Source of the DNA: Elsinoe ampelina
Taxonomy: Eukaryota
Direction of reading: 5' to 3'
NCBI GenBank assembly: GCA_010093995.1
Contig: ML992508.1
Span: forward strand, 654,506-718,505
DNA: 64,000 nucleotides
In this document: positions 1-12,944 of the stretch, piece after piece
How the letters are laid out: every line of letters begins with the position of its first letter
Position numbering within the stretch: position 1 is the stretch's first letter
Translations under genes and position numbers: made by a program
The notes under the pieces: model-generated
What the model saw: only the letters and a program-made list of their open reading frames with translations
The model's database searches: none
Told to the model about the DNA's origin: nothing

Positions 1-878
1 CCCGTCACCCTTGCCGTCCCCGTCTGCGGCCCAGTCGCACCATACCCATAGCTCGTCTTCCCCTTCCTCTTGAACAGATTCACACTCCCATAGAGTACCG
101 GAGCGTTCGCCACCGCTGTCGCCATCAACAGCTGAATACTCCCCCAGAACGACCTTGTAGGCTGCAAACTCCCTTGCACAAAGATATACCCAAGCCTCAA
201 ACAAGTGACAATGATACAAAACAGCCCCAGCGAGATGAGCCCACCAATCCGCATCTTCTGCCTCACACTGCTCCCTTGAATGAACAGCAGCGGCACCGAG
301 ATAAGCATGAGCACCACATCAACAACGATGTTGCTCACGCACTGGATGACGGTCTGATAGTAGGCCTTGACGCACGTCCCCGGAGAAGGCTGGATCTGCC
401 ACCACAGCGAGAAAGGCCGACACTCGAGGAACGTCGCCGCCACGACAGCGATGTAGGACACGGCCATGAAGATCCAGCTCGCGGTGATGGCGTGCTTCAT
501 CCATGGCAAGTGAGCGATGAAGCGGCGGTACAAGAGCAGGAGGACGAGGTTCATAGACCAGAGGACGGAGGTGAGGAGGATCCGTGTTGTGAGGGAGAGG
601 ATGGAGCCGATGCGGACGTGGGCGAGGTTGGTGGTCTCGAGGATTTTGGGGTTGAGTTTCAGTTTGGCGGCGATGTCGCTGGCTGTGCCGTATTGTAAGA
701 CGTAGTGCGTGATGGGGATGCGGGCGGTGACGCAGCAGAGGGCGAAGAGGCAGATGAAGAAGGAGAGGTCCATGGGTTTTTGTTGGAGTTTGGAGAGGGA
801 CAGACGGGTCATGAGGATGAGGAGGGTGAGGGCGCTGCAGATGTTGTTGGCGTTGGTGGAGTCGGTGGAGGAGATCAT
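1..878 (-). CDS. Pth11-like / fungal rhodopsin-domain integral membrane protein (3' end runs off window)
   Basis: Manual minus-strand translation from ATG at 878 (MISSTDSTNANNICSALTLLILMTRL...FLECRPFSLWWQIQPSPGTCV...SNIVVDVVLMLISVPLL...LGLFCIIVTCLRL...VANAPVLY) stays open to the window edge. Hydrophobic helices and the C-x-P...W...C and D-x6-P motifs are typical of this family. Not in the ORF track because it has no stop in the window. Confidence 0.75.
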   Translation of the reverse strand, partial: MISSTDSTNANNICSALTLLILMTRLSLSKLQQKPMDLSFFICLFALCCVTARIPITHYVLQYGTASDIAAKLKLNPKILETTNLAHVRIGSILSLTTRILLTSVLWSMNLVLLLLYRRFIAHLPWMKHAITASWIFMAVSYIAVVAATFLECRPFSLWWQIQPSPGTCVKAYYQTVIQCVSNIVVDVVLMLISVPLLFIQGSSVRQKMRIGGLISLGLFCIIVTCLRLGYIFVQGSLQPTRSFWGSIQLLMATAVANAPVLYGSVNLFKRKGKTSYGYGATGPQTGTARVT

Positions 879-3800
879 CTTGACGATGGAAGGAGATGAG
901 ATTTGAGATGAGACTTGGAGTCTTGTGGCGGGTGCAGATGCGGTAGGGAAGGAGGAGGAGAAGCCTTACCTTTGTACAGTGTGGCTTCTACCAGCCAACC
1001 ACTGTTCACTCGGCCAGGGGAGGCTGTTGAAGGGATCTGGTGATTGCCATGTCTTGGATCCAATGCCATATTCGTCTCCACCGTAGATCGTTGCGCACAA
1101 CGTCGATCGCTATGGACGATAGCCACATGCTACTTCCAAAGATTGAAGTTCCCTGCCGCTGTTGCAGTCAGCCTTGGTGTGCAGCACGTCCGGGTCTGGC
1201 GGGGTGCTGCATCCTGTCCAAATCTCAGTTCGAGCAATTTGATTCCATCTACACAGCACGAATCGAGGAGCTGAACTCAATCTCCGCAATGCTGTTGCAT
1301 CCACGGTCAAGCTAGAGGACGAACATGTTCGCCAAAGCGGGCCGGACATGGTCGACATCCGGAAAGGGTGCTCCTCGGCAACGGATGTGGCGGCTGATAT
1401 TGAATTCGCATATTCGAGGATCCTGCTGAATGATCCGTGTGTTCTATGAGGTACCGTCTGAAATGCAGGTGGCCGTTGTGTGATGCCGAATCTATAGGCA
1501 TGGCAACACATGTCCGTTTGCTCGGCAACGGCTGAAATAGCACTTCGTAGTTCTCACCTACCTTGGCGCAGTGCGACAATGAGAAGCCAGTCAATCGTTC
1601 TCGCTAGTGTCTTGAATGTGCGACGATGGATGAGTGCCGGATGCCGTATCACATGCAGCGCAACACATGAGAAATTGGCAGTCTCCTACCAGATCTGATG
1701 CGTCGCAAGGGCAGCCTCATCACAGTCCATGAACAGATTCGCATCATCAATCGCACCTGGCGTTGAAGCACTTACGATTCGCCCTCCGGAATGACCTGAC
1801 AGGCCCATTGCTACCAAACTAGATTCGCCACCCTGCGTCCTTGAAGTCGGTCTCGCTGCCCAGCGTCGCAACGAATGGCTGATCTTGCTCGTTTTTGATA
1901 TTTGCCCGGCTTTGAGCTCGCGGGCGTTGCTCTGATCAACCATGGACATTGGTGTGACACTTCTATTAGTGGTTCGAGTCGGTGGCGGACTCCCTGTCCA
2001 CAAACGCCGCCGTGATTCTGAGGAGCAGTGACGGCGGCAGCAGTTTAACCCTGCCAGTACCAAGTAGGTGCGATAATGCACAGCTCGTCGACCGTCAGGC
2101 GAAAGAAAGGCTATAAGTAAATGTGTGATCCAGATGGAGGGGTGGTCGGGTGGAGTCTGTGCTTCCTCATTCTCCTTGATTTGCATGTGCCATTCCTGAA
2201 CCTGCCCACTTACTGCCAGACATGTGCCATTCCGCCATGACTCATGCACGGAAGAGGCCATCGAAAAGTTCGGCAAGACGTCGTGGTCGAGCACGAGCCA
2301 AGCCAGTATCTCGGTTGAAGATCTGGATGGAAAATCTTGACCTCACGCATACCATCGACAGGACTGGATTCCACGTCTACCTCTTGCTGCCTCCAGAACC
2401 GCCAAGGTCTTGAGATCTTCCCTCCCCCTCTGCTCTACTGATTGCTGCCAGGTTCTTTTTCGTCCAGTCGCATATTGAGAGAGAATTTCGCCGGGTGTCA
2501 GCCCTGGTGCCTCATGGTATCGACTTTGCTCCTGCCAGAGACCAGTCGTCCAATGGACCTCCCACCTACGATCTAGCGACAACTCACCGTCATACACACA
2601 GTATGGTCAATTGCGGTGCAGCTCGCAAGTCCTTCAGCCCAGGCACAGCCATATTCCGGATAGCCGAATCTTGCTTTCGTGCTTCGTCCGACAGATGCTC
2701 TCTTTTCGACACCCTTGACTGATTGCCAGCGCACACTTCGAAAGGCGGTTGTTGGTAGTTGCCTGCATCATTCTGGTCTGATGAGGTTACGATCTGCCTG
2801 CACGATCTGCCTGGATTGTCAACATAAACTCACATCACATGCCATGATGGCCGGTTCCGGTGGCTCAGGTGCGGTCAACATTGGCATCCGATGATTCTGG
2901 ATCACTGCCAGCGCCAACGAGACCATCGACATGCTCACTGGCTCAAGGTCCAAGCGTGCTGACCCTCTGCGTGCCGCCGCCACGACAAAATCATCGTCTC
3001 ACACCGTGGTGGATCACATGCCACACATCTTGCCCTGCTTGCGCAGGTGTCATGGATCACGATCACGCTCTGATCAAGCACTACCAGCTCTCGGCCAATC
3101 GATATCATCAATCTGCGTTTTCAACATTCAAGATGCAAAAACACGAAAACCTGGCATGGAGTGCCAAGCCATCTTCCCCACACATCCGGTCTCAGCCGCG
3201 GCATCCCGGGATATCCCGCCAACTCCACCCCTTACCCACACTGAGCAAAACGGGAGCTATACGACTCAATACTGGATGGATTTCGACTTCAATATGCTCG
3301 TTACAGAAGCAAAAGAACTGCTTTGGCCGTGAATCGAACACGGGGCCCATCGAGCTCGTCGTCGTCAACCACGCTGTGAAACATGGTGATTTGGAGGCTG
3401 GCAACGATGGATTTTACCACTAAACCACCAAAGCGAGGTATCAAAGGCGATAACCATGATCAGGAGGTTCGCTTTGCTGTAACGATGGAATCCTGGCGCA
3501 GTAGCATGCAATATGATGCTAGTTCAAAAGAAACCGGAGCTTGGTCATTTTCGGAGCGAGTTCTGCGTTGGTCTGTGCTCTTCCTCGGGGTAGAAAGGGC
3601 CGAGGGTGGTCTTCAAGGCGCGTACATCATTGTGGACAGGTCTCACGTCCTCAAGAAGTCAAATGGTCGAAAGGCAGCATGTGGGAGGTGGGCATGTGTC
3701 CGGGTGGCAAATTCAGGGGTAACGACAAAGTGATTTGGAAATGATTGACAGTAGGCATGTGAAATAGGGATGGGTCACCAACTCATCGACCGGCTTGCTA

Positions 3801-4902
3801 TCTCTCAGGTCGTGGGTCCCGGTACTGGTCTGGCTGGACATATTTGCTACGTTTGCCGTCTTGTTCTGGCGGGTACGAGACTACAGTCATTCCGCCTTCC
3901 AGGGTTTGGAGCATGTGACGGAGAATTCTCGCGAAGCTATTTATGGCAAGGCATGTGGCCGCCGTCGTTGGATCAGAAGGGCTGGTGACATTGCATTCAC
4001 TCTCGACCTGTATGAAATCAAGATATGTTCACCGGACCGATTCCGATGCTGGCTTCGTTCTCCGAGTATGACCAGCTCAGCCGGAAGCTGCGACTTTCAT
4101 GATGGAATGTCGGCAACTCGACAGAGTGCTCGATCTCCAACTACCAGGATAGCAAAGAGCGTTGCTACGCTCGGAGACAGCAGACTTTCTCTACCAAGAC
4201 TCTCACGGTACTACCAGCTCAGGTCGCTACAATCTCCAGGCACGTCTCGAACCTACAGCCGGTTCACGTCTTGCAATCCAATGAAGCCTACAACCGTGCG
4301 GCAGGCCCCACAACCCTCATAAACAACGAGGACAGAGAACTTGACTACCACATCACGCTCACCACCCAGATCAGAATCACTAATCAACATCTCCCACAAA
4401 GCCCCACGGCGTTGGGATCGCACCCGCTGGCAGGCATCGTTCATCCGTTCCAGCGGCGACGCACCGGCCCATGGAAGATGCCGCTTCGCAAGGAGAGGGA
4501 AACGCCATGTCTTAGTTCGATACCATCGGTAGACTGTCCCGACACCCAGGGCTTAGTGCAGGATTCGGGTTGGCCGAAATCGGTCAGAGACTACTCGAGT
4601 GAGTTTTCCCAGGCAGGCATGATATCAGGTAAGCGGGTGCAGGTACGCGAGTGAAGGCTGATTGTGAAGGAATGATTGTGATGCTAGGCAAGGTGAGAGT
4701 GCAGTGAAGAGAGAACAACGAGCACATGCAACGGAATGTGATGGTATCAAAATGGTGGTAAGCCGGATAGATACCGCTCAAAGACTACATGGGTATACCG
4801 CCCCTCTACATTTTTCCAAGAACACCTCGCTATCCCACCCAATGCAGAACGCCAACAATGCGATCCCGAGCCTGCCTGGCCATTCCTTCCCCTCTCCCAC
4901 TT

Positions 4903-6061
4903 CTACACCCCCCTACTCACCCCCCTCACCATCTCCTGCTCAAAATCACTCGGCGCCTTCTCCTCCTCCACGGCGACAGTGACCACCACCTCCCGCTTAA
5001 TCTCCTCCAACAAAAGCTCATCCCCATGCGGATCCCCCCTCGTCCTCCGCGTCCCACTCTTCAACGTCCCCGTGACCCCCGTCCTCGTCACCTCGGTGCT
5101 GGTGATGACGCCAAACTTGACGAGCATCTTGTGGAACAACGGCCTCACCATGGCGAGGTTCGCCGCGATGACGCCCAGTGCGATCTCCACCAGCACCCAC
5201 TTGACGAGCAGGAAGAGTTCCTGCGTGTACTTGACCGGGTCGGTCTTCTTGAGCACCACGGCCATGCGCACGGTGGACGCTACGCCGCCTGCGCTGCCGA
5301 GCACGAGGAGGAGACAGGCCGAGATTTTCGTCGCGAGGGGCAGTTTCGCCTGGTATAAAGCGCGGATGGCCATGATGGTAAGGGCGAAGTCCCCGAGGAT
5401 GGTGACGAGGGAAAAGGCGGCGAAGACGGCCGAGGCGGCGGTTTGGACGGCGGCGGGGCAGGTGGTTGTTAGCCCGGGGAGGACTTTGATCTGGGCGCAG
5501 GTGCCGTAGCCGAGGGGGAGGTAGGCGAGGCCGAAGAAGGTGGAGAGGGCCATGATGGTGTAGATTATTTTGCGTTGAGTCTTTTTGTGGGAGAAGATGT
5601 TGAGGAAGAAGAAGCCCAGGGAGATTTTGAGGCCGGTCAGGATGAGGATGTACAAGACACCGGAGGCTTTGGAGAGCTATAGGGGGGGTTAGAAGGTTGG
5701 AGGCAGAAAGGGTGAGGGGCTTTTGGGGGCTTACATCGGTGTAGACGACTGTCAGGTGAGGATCGGCGTCGCCCATCCATTGACGCTTGGAGATATCGAT
5801 GCTGACGATGGAGAGGGAGCTTTGTCCCATGGCGAGCAAAAATACGACCAGCATGGACCAGTCTTCCGGGCCGAAGATCTTGCTGATACCGAGTCTGACA
5901 TAGAATCGCAGGAGGACGGAGATGATGGTCAGGATCATGAGAACGATGGTGATGATCTTGACGTCGTCGATGGATTTGAGGATCTGGTCGACAGGGATCG
6001 AAGCCTGGTAGGTCGACGACGAGCCATTCTCCTCTCTCCGCATAAGCAGACCGAACAACAT
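4903..6061 (-). CDS. Pth11-like / rhodopsin-domain integral membrane protein, 2 exons
   Basis: ORF 5018..6061 (LRFYVR...EDWSM) joins ORF 4903..5655 (LKISLGFFFL...GDFAL...EIALGVIAANL) in frame across a GT-AG intron at 5677-5734 with a CTAAC branch site. Confidence 0.8.
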
Positions 6062-7502
6062 GGTGGAGATGGAATGGGGACGGTAAGGAGAATTCCAGGA
6101 GATGGGTAGCCCTCACTTGTCAGTGTCACCTAGGGTCTTATAGATCTACAGACCAAGCAGCCTCGACCATGGAGACAAGAACTTTTTCGAGACATTCCCA
6201 TGTCACAACCAGGAAACGGCATGACCAAGGCCAGTGCAACAGCGGTACCTGAAAGGTCAAAGTTCACGTTATAGACGGTTTGGAGCGTGGCACCTGGTTG
6301 TCGGAAAGTTCCATGGGGGATTGCTGCGAACGCTTGACCCGGTAAGACATGAGTACCATGAAATGAGAGCTCGCGTAGTTGGTTGGGTAAGTGTAGGCTT
6401 GCGGATGCGGCCCTCCAACAAAGTGGCGCTGAGCACGACCATAAGCCACGCTGGAGCTAAATAGCATGTGGCACACGCGTCGGGTTGCAGAGTCCAGGGA
6501 GACGGCTCTCGATACGCACAACCTCAGGGATCTGTAGCAAGACTGCGGCAGCTTCGCAGGCCGAGACGCTTGCTAAAGCTCTTTCCGTTCCAGTCTATAG
6601 GCTTGACGGTAGAAGACAGCCAGCTCAGCGGCACCATCATTCGATGAAGTTGCGTTGGCTTTGAGCAACAATGGAAACGGCGAAGATCGCGTGGCGGCTG
6701 AATGCAGGTACCAGGTCGGTAAGGTGGAGGATAATAACTCAAATGTCGATGGGGGGATGAGCCGATGAGGTCGCTGGACCTCGACCGTCCTTATAAGATT
6801 TGCGCCATCAGATCCATCGATAACCTTATCCAGCTGTCTTGGCATGGTTGGACGGAGATGCTCGTCTGAGATGAGAAGCAGACGTTGGAGATTTGAAGAT
6901 GACCAACTTGCAGTTGCTGCATCCAGCCGTCCTAACTTGAATAAAGATGATTGTGCTTGCGTAGGATCCGGCTAGAACTGCCGTTCAAAACAAAGGCCCG
7001 ACTGCCAGCCTATTGGTACCTGTACCTCATCTGCAAAGCGTTGTATTGGCTGCAAGTACCAATCATGGCATGCCTTCTGATGAGTGAGACGTCATGCAGG
7101 CGACGACTGCCTCGTGTCATTGCCGACGCGATGGATCCCATGTGCGATGTTTCTGAGCATCGTCTTCGTTCACAACGTCGATGGATCTCACTTATGCCCT
7201 AATGGCAATCTCGGCGCCGTTGAATATGGTCTCATAGTGCAGCGACCCTTTGTAGACAAGCCAGCATGTCAGGATTAGTGATACAAGAAAGATGGACTAA
7301 GCGAGGACGAATTCAAGAATGACTTGTCTTCATATTTGTACATGGTGAGACCAGGTTGGGGGGGGGGAATATCATATCCGCTCAATGCGGCTATACAACC
7401 ACGAAATGTGTGTTCGTGAACAATGTATCCAATCATGCGTCTAATGCGGGGTTGCATCCAGTGTCCTGTCCTGCAGTGTCCATTCCGATGGACCTCATGG
7501 AA

Positions 7503-10103
7503 TCATGCAGTCGGGACCGTCGGGTCCTTCCCAAGACCGCAGCCTTTGCTTCTGGCACGGTTGATAGCGTTGAGCGCTCTGCCAACGGCTTCTAGATCTC
7601 CCAGTAAGGTGATGTGGCCCCTCTCACTATTCACAAGTCCACCTCTGGCGAGCTCATATCCAGGTGGTAGCATAGCTGCTCTAGCCAAGACAACGCCGTC
7701 ACCGCTTGCAAATGCTAGTTCCTTGTATGCATCAGTCCTTCTGATCGTGTCTCGGTCCTTCACCTTTGCCCCATACACTGTCGGGGTTGATTTGCCATAG
7801 ATCACGGCCTGAGGTGGGTATCGATTCTCTTCTTGGTGAACCGGATTGTGGTCAAGCTCTAGCTTGAATTTCTTGACTCGAGCCAGGGTTGTAGTCAGGT
7901 ACTTGATAGCAGCTTCTCGTGGTAGAGTCACCTGGGTTCCGACGCTGCTGGATGAATGTGTGTCCATGTCTGATGGTTCCAGATCTGGCTTCCTGGCAGC
8001 TATGTCCGCGAGGTGGGTTGTACTACCGTTCCTGCTCTGCCCATTGGACCTACTTAGCGCAGATAGACTACCCCGACGTGACGACGAGCTAAGTGACGGC
8101 AGTGAAGATGCTATGCTGCTCATGAAGCTTCCCATCATGCTTGGAGGCGGGCTGTCCAGTGCTGGCAAGACACGATTGACGCAAGGCGAAAGACTATTAT
8201 CTATCCAGGTCTGAGGGTCGAAAAAATCTACCGGAAATTCTTCCTTCGTATCCTTGTTGAAGAAGCACTTTCCATCGAGTGGCAAGAGAGCATAAGATGT
8301 CCGAATGGTAAAGTTAACTTGGGCCGTCAGGACCTTTGAGGATAATAAGACGTCGTCGCCGGCTCGCAATGGTCCCAAGATGTTAACACAAGTGGTTGGT
8401 GTACCTGCGTAGACAACCCCAGCAAACAAATCCGGCCGCTGATTGACGGCGTGGCGAGTGATGAGACCGCCTAAGGAATGAGCTATCACTGTTGCGCCGC
8501 GCTTTGATTTGGGCACACCTGGTCCGTTGCATGGAAGGCCCTCCAGGTATTGGATCAGACGTTGACTGAGGTAATGTGGATCTAGCCGCCAATCGTAGCC
8601 ATAATCATGCACTCGTAGTTTACCGGTCTGTGCAATCTCAGAGGCTCGCAGCCTGCGGAATAATCGTTTGGAGATGTCTACAGGTCCGATGTGGGAGAGC
8701 ATGCCACCGGGTATAATTTTAGATTCCATCTTCATGTCATCCTCTGGCACGTTCAGACCAATCTCCAAATCAACTTTTCGTATGCCCAGCCCCACCTTTA
8801 CTGGAGCCCACAATTGTATATGCGGTGGTTCAGCTGATCGTAAAATTGACCCTCGATAACCACCCAGGATGACAAGATCACCTTTCGTCTGAGCACAAGC
8901 TTTGGTAAAGTGAGGGTGGGTGACGGCAACTTTGGCGGTAGGACCGCCATCTCGTCGATCACCCACAGATCCAACGTAGCTATTGACTTGACTTTCGGTC
9001 GGTGACAGTGGGTTTGATCTGGATTGAGGGGTTGAGGTGGACGACAAGGCTATAGTCGATCGTCGCTGGGCGCCATTCTTGTTGTAGAAGGAAAAGTCCG
9101 GCTTGAAGGACTCCAGAGAAAGCGAAGAGAGTGAAGGAAGCTTTATATTCGAGTCCTGGAAACTGTCTCTGATCGCTTTTGCTCTGCTATTGACCTGAGC
9201 CTGCACATGCTCAAATCTGGTGTCATCCCCAAGTGTCGAGACCCTCGAAAGAGCAGACCTTGCGTAAAGAGAATGATCAGACATGGATTTTCTCAAATAT
9301 GAGCTCTGTAAGCGTTGTAGAGATGGCCTTCCGTTATCAGGTTCTGTGGTACCAGACACGGACGTTCCGGCGGGCTGCCCGGATACACCGTGACTCGCCA
9401 AGTTCAGAGCATTACCTTCCGACTTGCTTCTAGCTCGAGTGATCGATTGACGGGAGGGGCTTGATGGTCCTACTACCTCTCGTTCTGGAGATGTGGCCTT
9501 CGAAGTAGCAGTACTATCGCTCCGTTTCGCCGAGAAGGAGGATGAAAAAGTCAACGACTTTGGAAGGCTAGGAATGCTCGACATGAAGCTTTTCTGCCAG
9601 TTATCCCAAGCAGCTGCCACCGCGGCTCCAGATGAAGATCTTTTCCGACCATTTGTATCCCTGAGCGCGGCACGAGAATCTTCTGTGCGTTGGAAAAGTT
9701 TGGGACCTGACCGCCATGGTGATGGGAGATGTGGTCTCACTACATGAGCATCTTGTCCTTTCGTATCAACTCTTCCTCGCTCATCCTGTCCATCAAGCTT
9801 GGGGACATCTTCGGCCTCATCATCCTCAGCGACCTGGTCTAGGGCAGCTGGTCCAAAGAATCCATCATTGGCTTCGATAGCAGCGGCCTTTTCAATCGCA
9901 GGAGTCGTAGGGGAGTTCAGACGGTTTTGCTCAGGTCCAAGGCTCACTCTGACCAGAGACTGCACGTCTGGCTGGGCAAGTCTCGTCTCCTGACCCAAGT
10001 CTTCGTCCGATGATGTCGCGGTATCCGATGTGTATATAGCATTAAGATTTATCTGCTGTAGAGCGCGTGGAGGTCGTTTGAAGGAGGTCGTTTCGGAGGC
10101 CAT
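7503..10103 (-). CDS. Alpha/beta hydrolase (PGAP1/LCAT-like, YJR098C-like) with long low-complexity N-terminus
   Basis: 866-aa ORF with GGYRGSILR, YGYDWRL, the lipase nucleophile elbow IAHSLGG, GDGVV and a C-terminal GH motif. Confidence 0.8.
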   Translation of the reverse strand: MASETTSFKRPPRALQQINLNAIYTSDTATSSDEDLGQETRLAQPDVQSLVRVSLGPEQNRLNSPTTPAIEKAAAIEANDGFFGPAALDQVAEDDEAEDVPKLDGQDERGRVDTKGQDAHVVRPHLPSPWRSGPKLFQRTEDSRAALRDTNGRKRSSSGAAVAAAWDNWQKSFMSSIPSLPKSLTFSSSFSAKRSDSTATSKATSPEREVVGPSSPSRQSITRARSKSEGNALNLASHGVSGQPAGTSVSGTTEPDNGRPSLQRLQSSYLRKSMSDHSLYARSALSRVSTLGDDTRFEHVQAQVNSRAKAIRDSFQDSNIKLPSLSSLSLESFKPDFSFYNKNGAQRRSTIALSSTSTPQSRSNPLSPTESQVNSYVGSVGDRRDGGPTAKVAVTHPHFTKACAQTKGDLVILGGYRGSILRSAEPPHIQLWAPVKVGLGIRKVDLEIGLNVPEDDMKMESKIIPGGMLSHIGPVDISKRLFRRLRASEIAQTGKLRVHDYGYDWRLDPHYLSQRLIQYLEGLPCNGPGVPKSKRGATVIAHSLGGLITRHAVNQRPDLFAGVVYAGTPTTCVNILGPLRAGDDVLLSSKVLTAQVNFTIRTSYALLPLDGKCFFNKDTKEEFPVDFFDPQTWIDNSLSPCVNRVLPALDSPPPSMMGSFMSSIASSLPSLSSSSRRGSLSALSRSNGQSRNGSTTHLADIAARKPDLEPSDMDTHSSSSVGTQVTLPREAAIKYLTTTLARVKKFKLELDHNPVHQEENRYPPQAVIYGKSTPTVYGAKVKDRDTIRRTDAYKELAFASGDGVVLARAAMLPPGYELARGGLVNSERGHITLLGDLEAVGRALNAINRARSKGCGLGKDPTVPTA

Positions 10104-10710
10104 GGTGATAATAGACAGGGAGGGAGAGGTCGCGGCACCCTACATACAAAATAATTGGTGCATCCCAGGACGGCGCAGGTACCGGCAGCTGAGGTCAGCA
10201 CCAGTCCTTATCAATGAGGCTGACCGGACAAGTGTATCCTGTGTCTCGTTATGATACCACAGCCTCGCAATTGAACGATATTTGACATGACCGGGCGCGA
10301 CGAAGCAGAGCCGGTCAGGGCAAGGAGGGGTAGCTGGAAGAGAGACAATCATTACGCGTGTAGAGTGCTCGACTCCCTAAGTTACCAGGATCCGGGCAAG
10401 CCGGCTTGAAGGACAAGTTTGTTTCTGACTTTCGTCATGGAACCCCACGCAAATAATAAAAGCAAAAGCCGGTGCACATCCGGATCCTAGCGCTGCGGCT
10501 CTGCACGAGATCTGCAATGGAGCGCCGCAACCGTCGTAGATCAGCCAATCTGCGTTCCGCTGACACGTGATCTATCATTCGCTGACAAAGCACCTTTCTC
10601 ATCTACCTGCAACCACCAAACGTGATCGATACCAACAAGTGATTCACGAAATGGAAGGATAGTAGCACTGCCGGCTGTAATGGCTTCGTGAAGTCGTGAA
10701 CTAGCTCGCC

Positions 10711-12495
10711 ATGGACAGCGATTCGCCTTCAGACGACGCTGGCAGTCAAGATGGCAGCGATTATGAAGTCGTTGGCGAGCTTCAAGAACAGGAACGAGAT
10801 CGAGTGGCTCAGAGTCAGAAACGCAGCGTGTCATTTGCCATCCCACAGCCGGTTGCTCCGCTTGCATCCTCCACCAGTGGCGAAGGACGAGCAACAGGAA
10901 ATGGATCTGAGAGTGCTGGAGCCCAGCGACCCAGCGTAAAGCGCAAACGCTCATCGGATGCGGCAGAGCAGTCAAGACCCCGTCCACCTCGAGATATCAG
11001 TGTCGAGGTTGTCATGACAGACGCAGGGAAATCGTCGAATGGCGCACGACAGGATCCGCAAGCTGAAGGAGCTGATCGCAGTGCTGGTGATCCTTCTGAG
11101 ACTACCTCATCTGCTCGGGTTACCCAGTCTGAAGAACGGAGGCTCATTGCTGAGCTTAAGAGTTGTCCTATGGTCTTACCTGCCAGACTGGTCTTTCCCA
11201 TCCAAACCGGATCTGAGCTATTCAGGCTTTCTGGAGCATCCATCTCATCTGATGCACCATCATACTTCTCCCAGTTCTTCGAAGCGCAACTCAAGAACGG
11301 TACCAAGCCCGAAGATATCAGAACGTTGTATATCGACCGGGATCCAGAGACTTTCCGGGACATTTCACTGCATTTACAAGGGTACCACATTGAACCTCGA
11401 GACGGCACTCACTTCGTCCGATTATATGCAGATGCAACCTTCTTCAGCCTCCCCCGCTTGACTGAGCAGCTTTTCAAGTCGACCATCTTCATTCGGGTCG
11501 GAGAGGAGGAGTTTAAGGTGCCTCGCGAAATCTTCAACAATCCGGGCGATACTCCAAATTACTTCTCTCTGGGATTTGCTGCCTTTTTCACTCAACCTGG
11601 GAATGCTTTCCCTGGGCTTGAGAAAGAATCACTGCTCAGGCCTCCTTCCATCTTGCCACCACAAGTCACAGGACGCTCAGCGCATGTCTTTCGCGACCTT
11701 ATTCACGTGCTCAAGGGCTATGACCTCCGGGTACGCGACGAAGAACACCGCGCCGAGCTCCTCCGAGACGCTCGCTACTTTCATCTCAAAGGACTCGAGC
11801 AGCGACTCATCGCTCACCAAATCATACATAATTCGTCCTCAAATCGCAAGGAGATCATTCTCCGCCTCGATGACCTCCGTCCATCAGGTGTCGGGTACCG
11901 TCTTCTGACTCGTGATCCAGCCCCAAAACCCAATGAAGAAGCAACTCCTCCAAACTCACTCTCAGCGCTTATCGCCTATGCTCGGCCATACGTGGATACC
12001 ATGTCGTACTCTCTTATCCTCGAGATCCCAGCCGGCATCACCGTCTACTGCTCTCTAGAAATGCCAGAAAACAAAATGGTGCTTGACCAGCCGGTGCGCC
12101 AAAAGGTGAATATGCTCTGCAACATGGCCTGCAACAAGATCGAAAAGGAGCTCGGACTAGAAGAACGCCCCGAGGTCGTCTTTGGCGATCCCAAAGCCAT
12201 CATCGAGCGTTCAGCGAGCGTCAAGATCGACGGTAGGACGATTGACTGGCGCAACGTGGAAGAGGGGCCGAACGACCTCAGCAAGCTCTGGATTGCGAGT
12301 TTGACTGAGCCGCCTGAGGAGGACGAAGTCATAGCGAGGGAGAAGGAAAGATGGGTCGTGAGTAGAAGTCAGTGGCGATTGAGAGTTGGTTTCGAGAGGG
12401 AGCCCAGGCCGAAGTTGACTGTGGATTGGTTCGCAGTCAAGATTGAGGCTGTCAGTGGAGAGGCGGAGTGGAATGACCAGAGAGGATGGCTGTGA
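10711..12495 (+). CDS. Tandem BTB/POZ (K-channel tetramerisation-type) protein, YLR108C/YDR132C-like
   Basis: 594-aa ORF. IQTGSELFRLSGASISSDAPSYF...LYIDRDPETFRDISLHLQGY, then a second BTB-like unit (IRVGEEEFKVPR...LLRDARYFHLKGL). Confidence 0.8.
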   Translation: MDSDSPSDDAGSQDGSDYEVVGELQEQERDRVAQSQKRSVSFAIPQPVAPLASSTSGEGRATGNGSESAGAQRPSVKRKRSSDAAEQSRPRPPRDISVEVVMTDAGKSSNGARQDPQAEGADRSAGDPSETTSSARVTQSEERRLIAELKSCPMVLPARLVFPIQTGSELFRLSGASISSDAPSYFSQFFEAQLKNGTKPEDIRTLYIDRDPETFRDISLHLQGYHIEPRDGTHFVRLYADATFFSLPRLTEQLFKSTIFIRVGEEEFKVPREIFNNPGDTPNYFSLGFAAFFTQPGNAFPGLEKESLLRPPSILPPQVTGRSAHVFRDLIHVLKGYDLRVRDEEHRAELLRDARYFHLKGLEQRLIAHQIIHNSSSNRKEIILRLDDLRPSGVGYRLLTRDPAPKPNEEATPPNSLSALIAYARPYVDTMSYSLILEIPAGITVYCSLEMPENKMVLDQPVRQKVNMLCNMACNKIEKELGLEERPEVVFGDPKAIIERSASVKIDGRTIDWRNVEEGPNDLSKLWIASLTEPPEEDEVIAREKERWVVSRSQWRLRVGFEREPRPKLTVDWFAVKIEAVSGEAEWNDQRGWL

Positions 12496-12944
12496 TGTGC
12501 TGGATACCCTTTTGCGAACTTTTGTAGATGCTGCCATTGTAATCAGCCTTTACCCTCTTTGCTCAGCGTGGGCTGCCTTTACACACGACACATACGTGAT
12601 TCGCGAGGCTGATCTTGTCAGTTGACCAGGTTGATGTTTATGGTCTAAACAATCATATTACGTACATATGTCCGCGTCCAGTGCGAGTCGTCCCAGTACA
12701 CAGCTTCCGGCAAAGCCATACTTTGGCTAGAAGCATGCTCCATCCTGATGTGATAGCCACACAGACATTGATCCTTTGCCACGGTTCCCTCATGGCAGCC
12801 CTCGTCCGGAGGCGCCAAAGTATGATTACTACGCCTCGCGCTTTCCATTTCCCCTTTGTGACAATCGAGAGTGTCTACCAACCAGTGGCATCCTTCTCTT
12901 CTGGAGAAACCCATGTGTGCCCAGAAGACCACAAACCCCCCCCT

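Noticed and set aside
1686..4654. Several 130-200 aa ORFs in the spacer between the Pth11-like genes
   Set aside because: No recognisable motifs, no codon bias and no convincing splice structure, so they cannot be supported as genes.
7358..7367. G10 homopolymer
   Set aside because: An isolated simple run with no associated structure.
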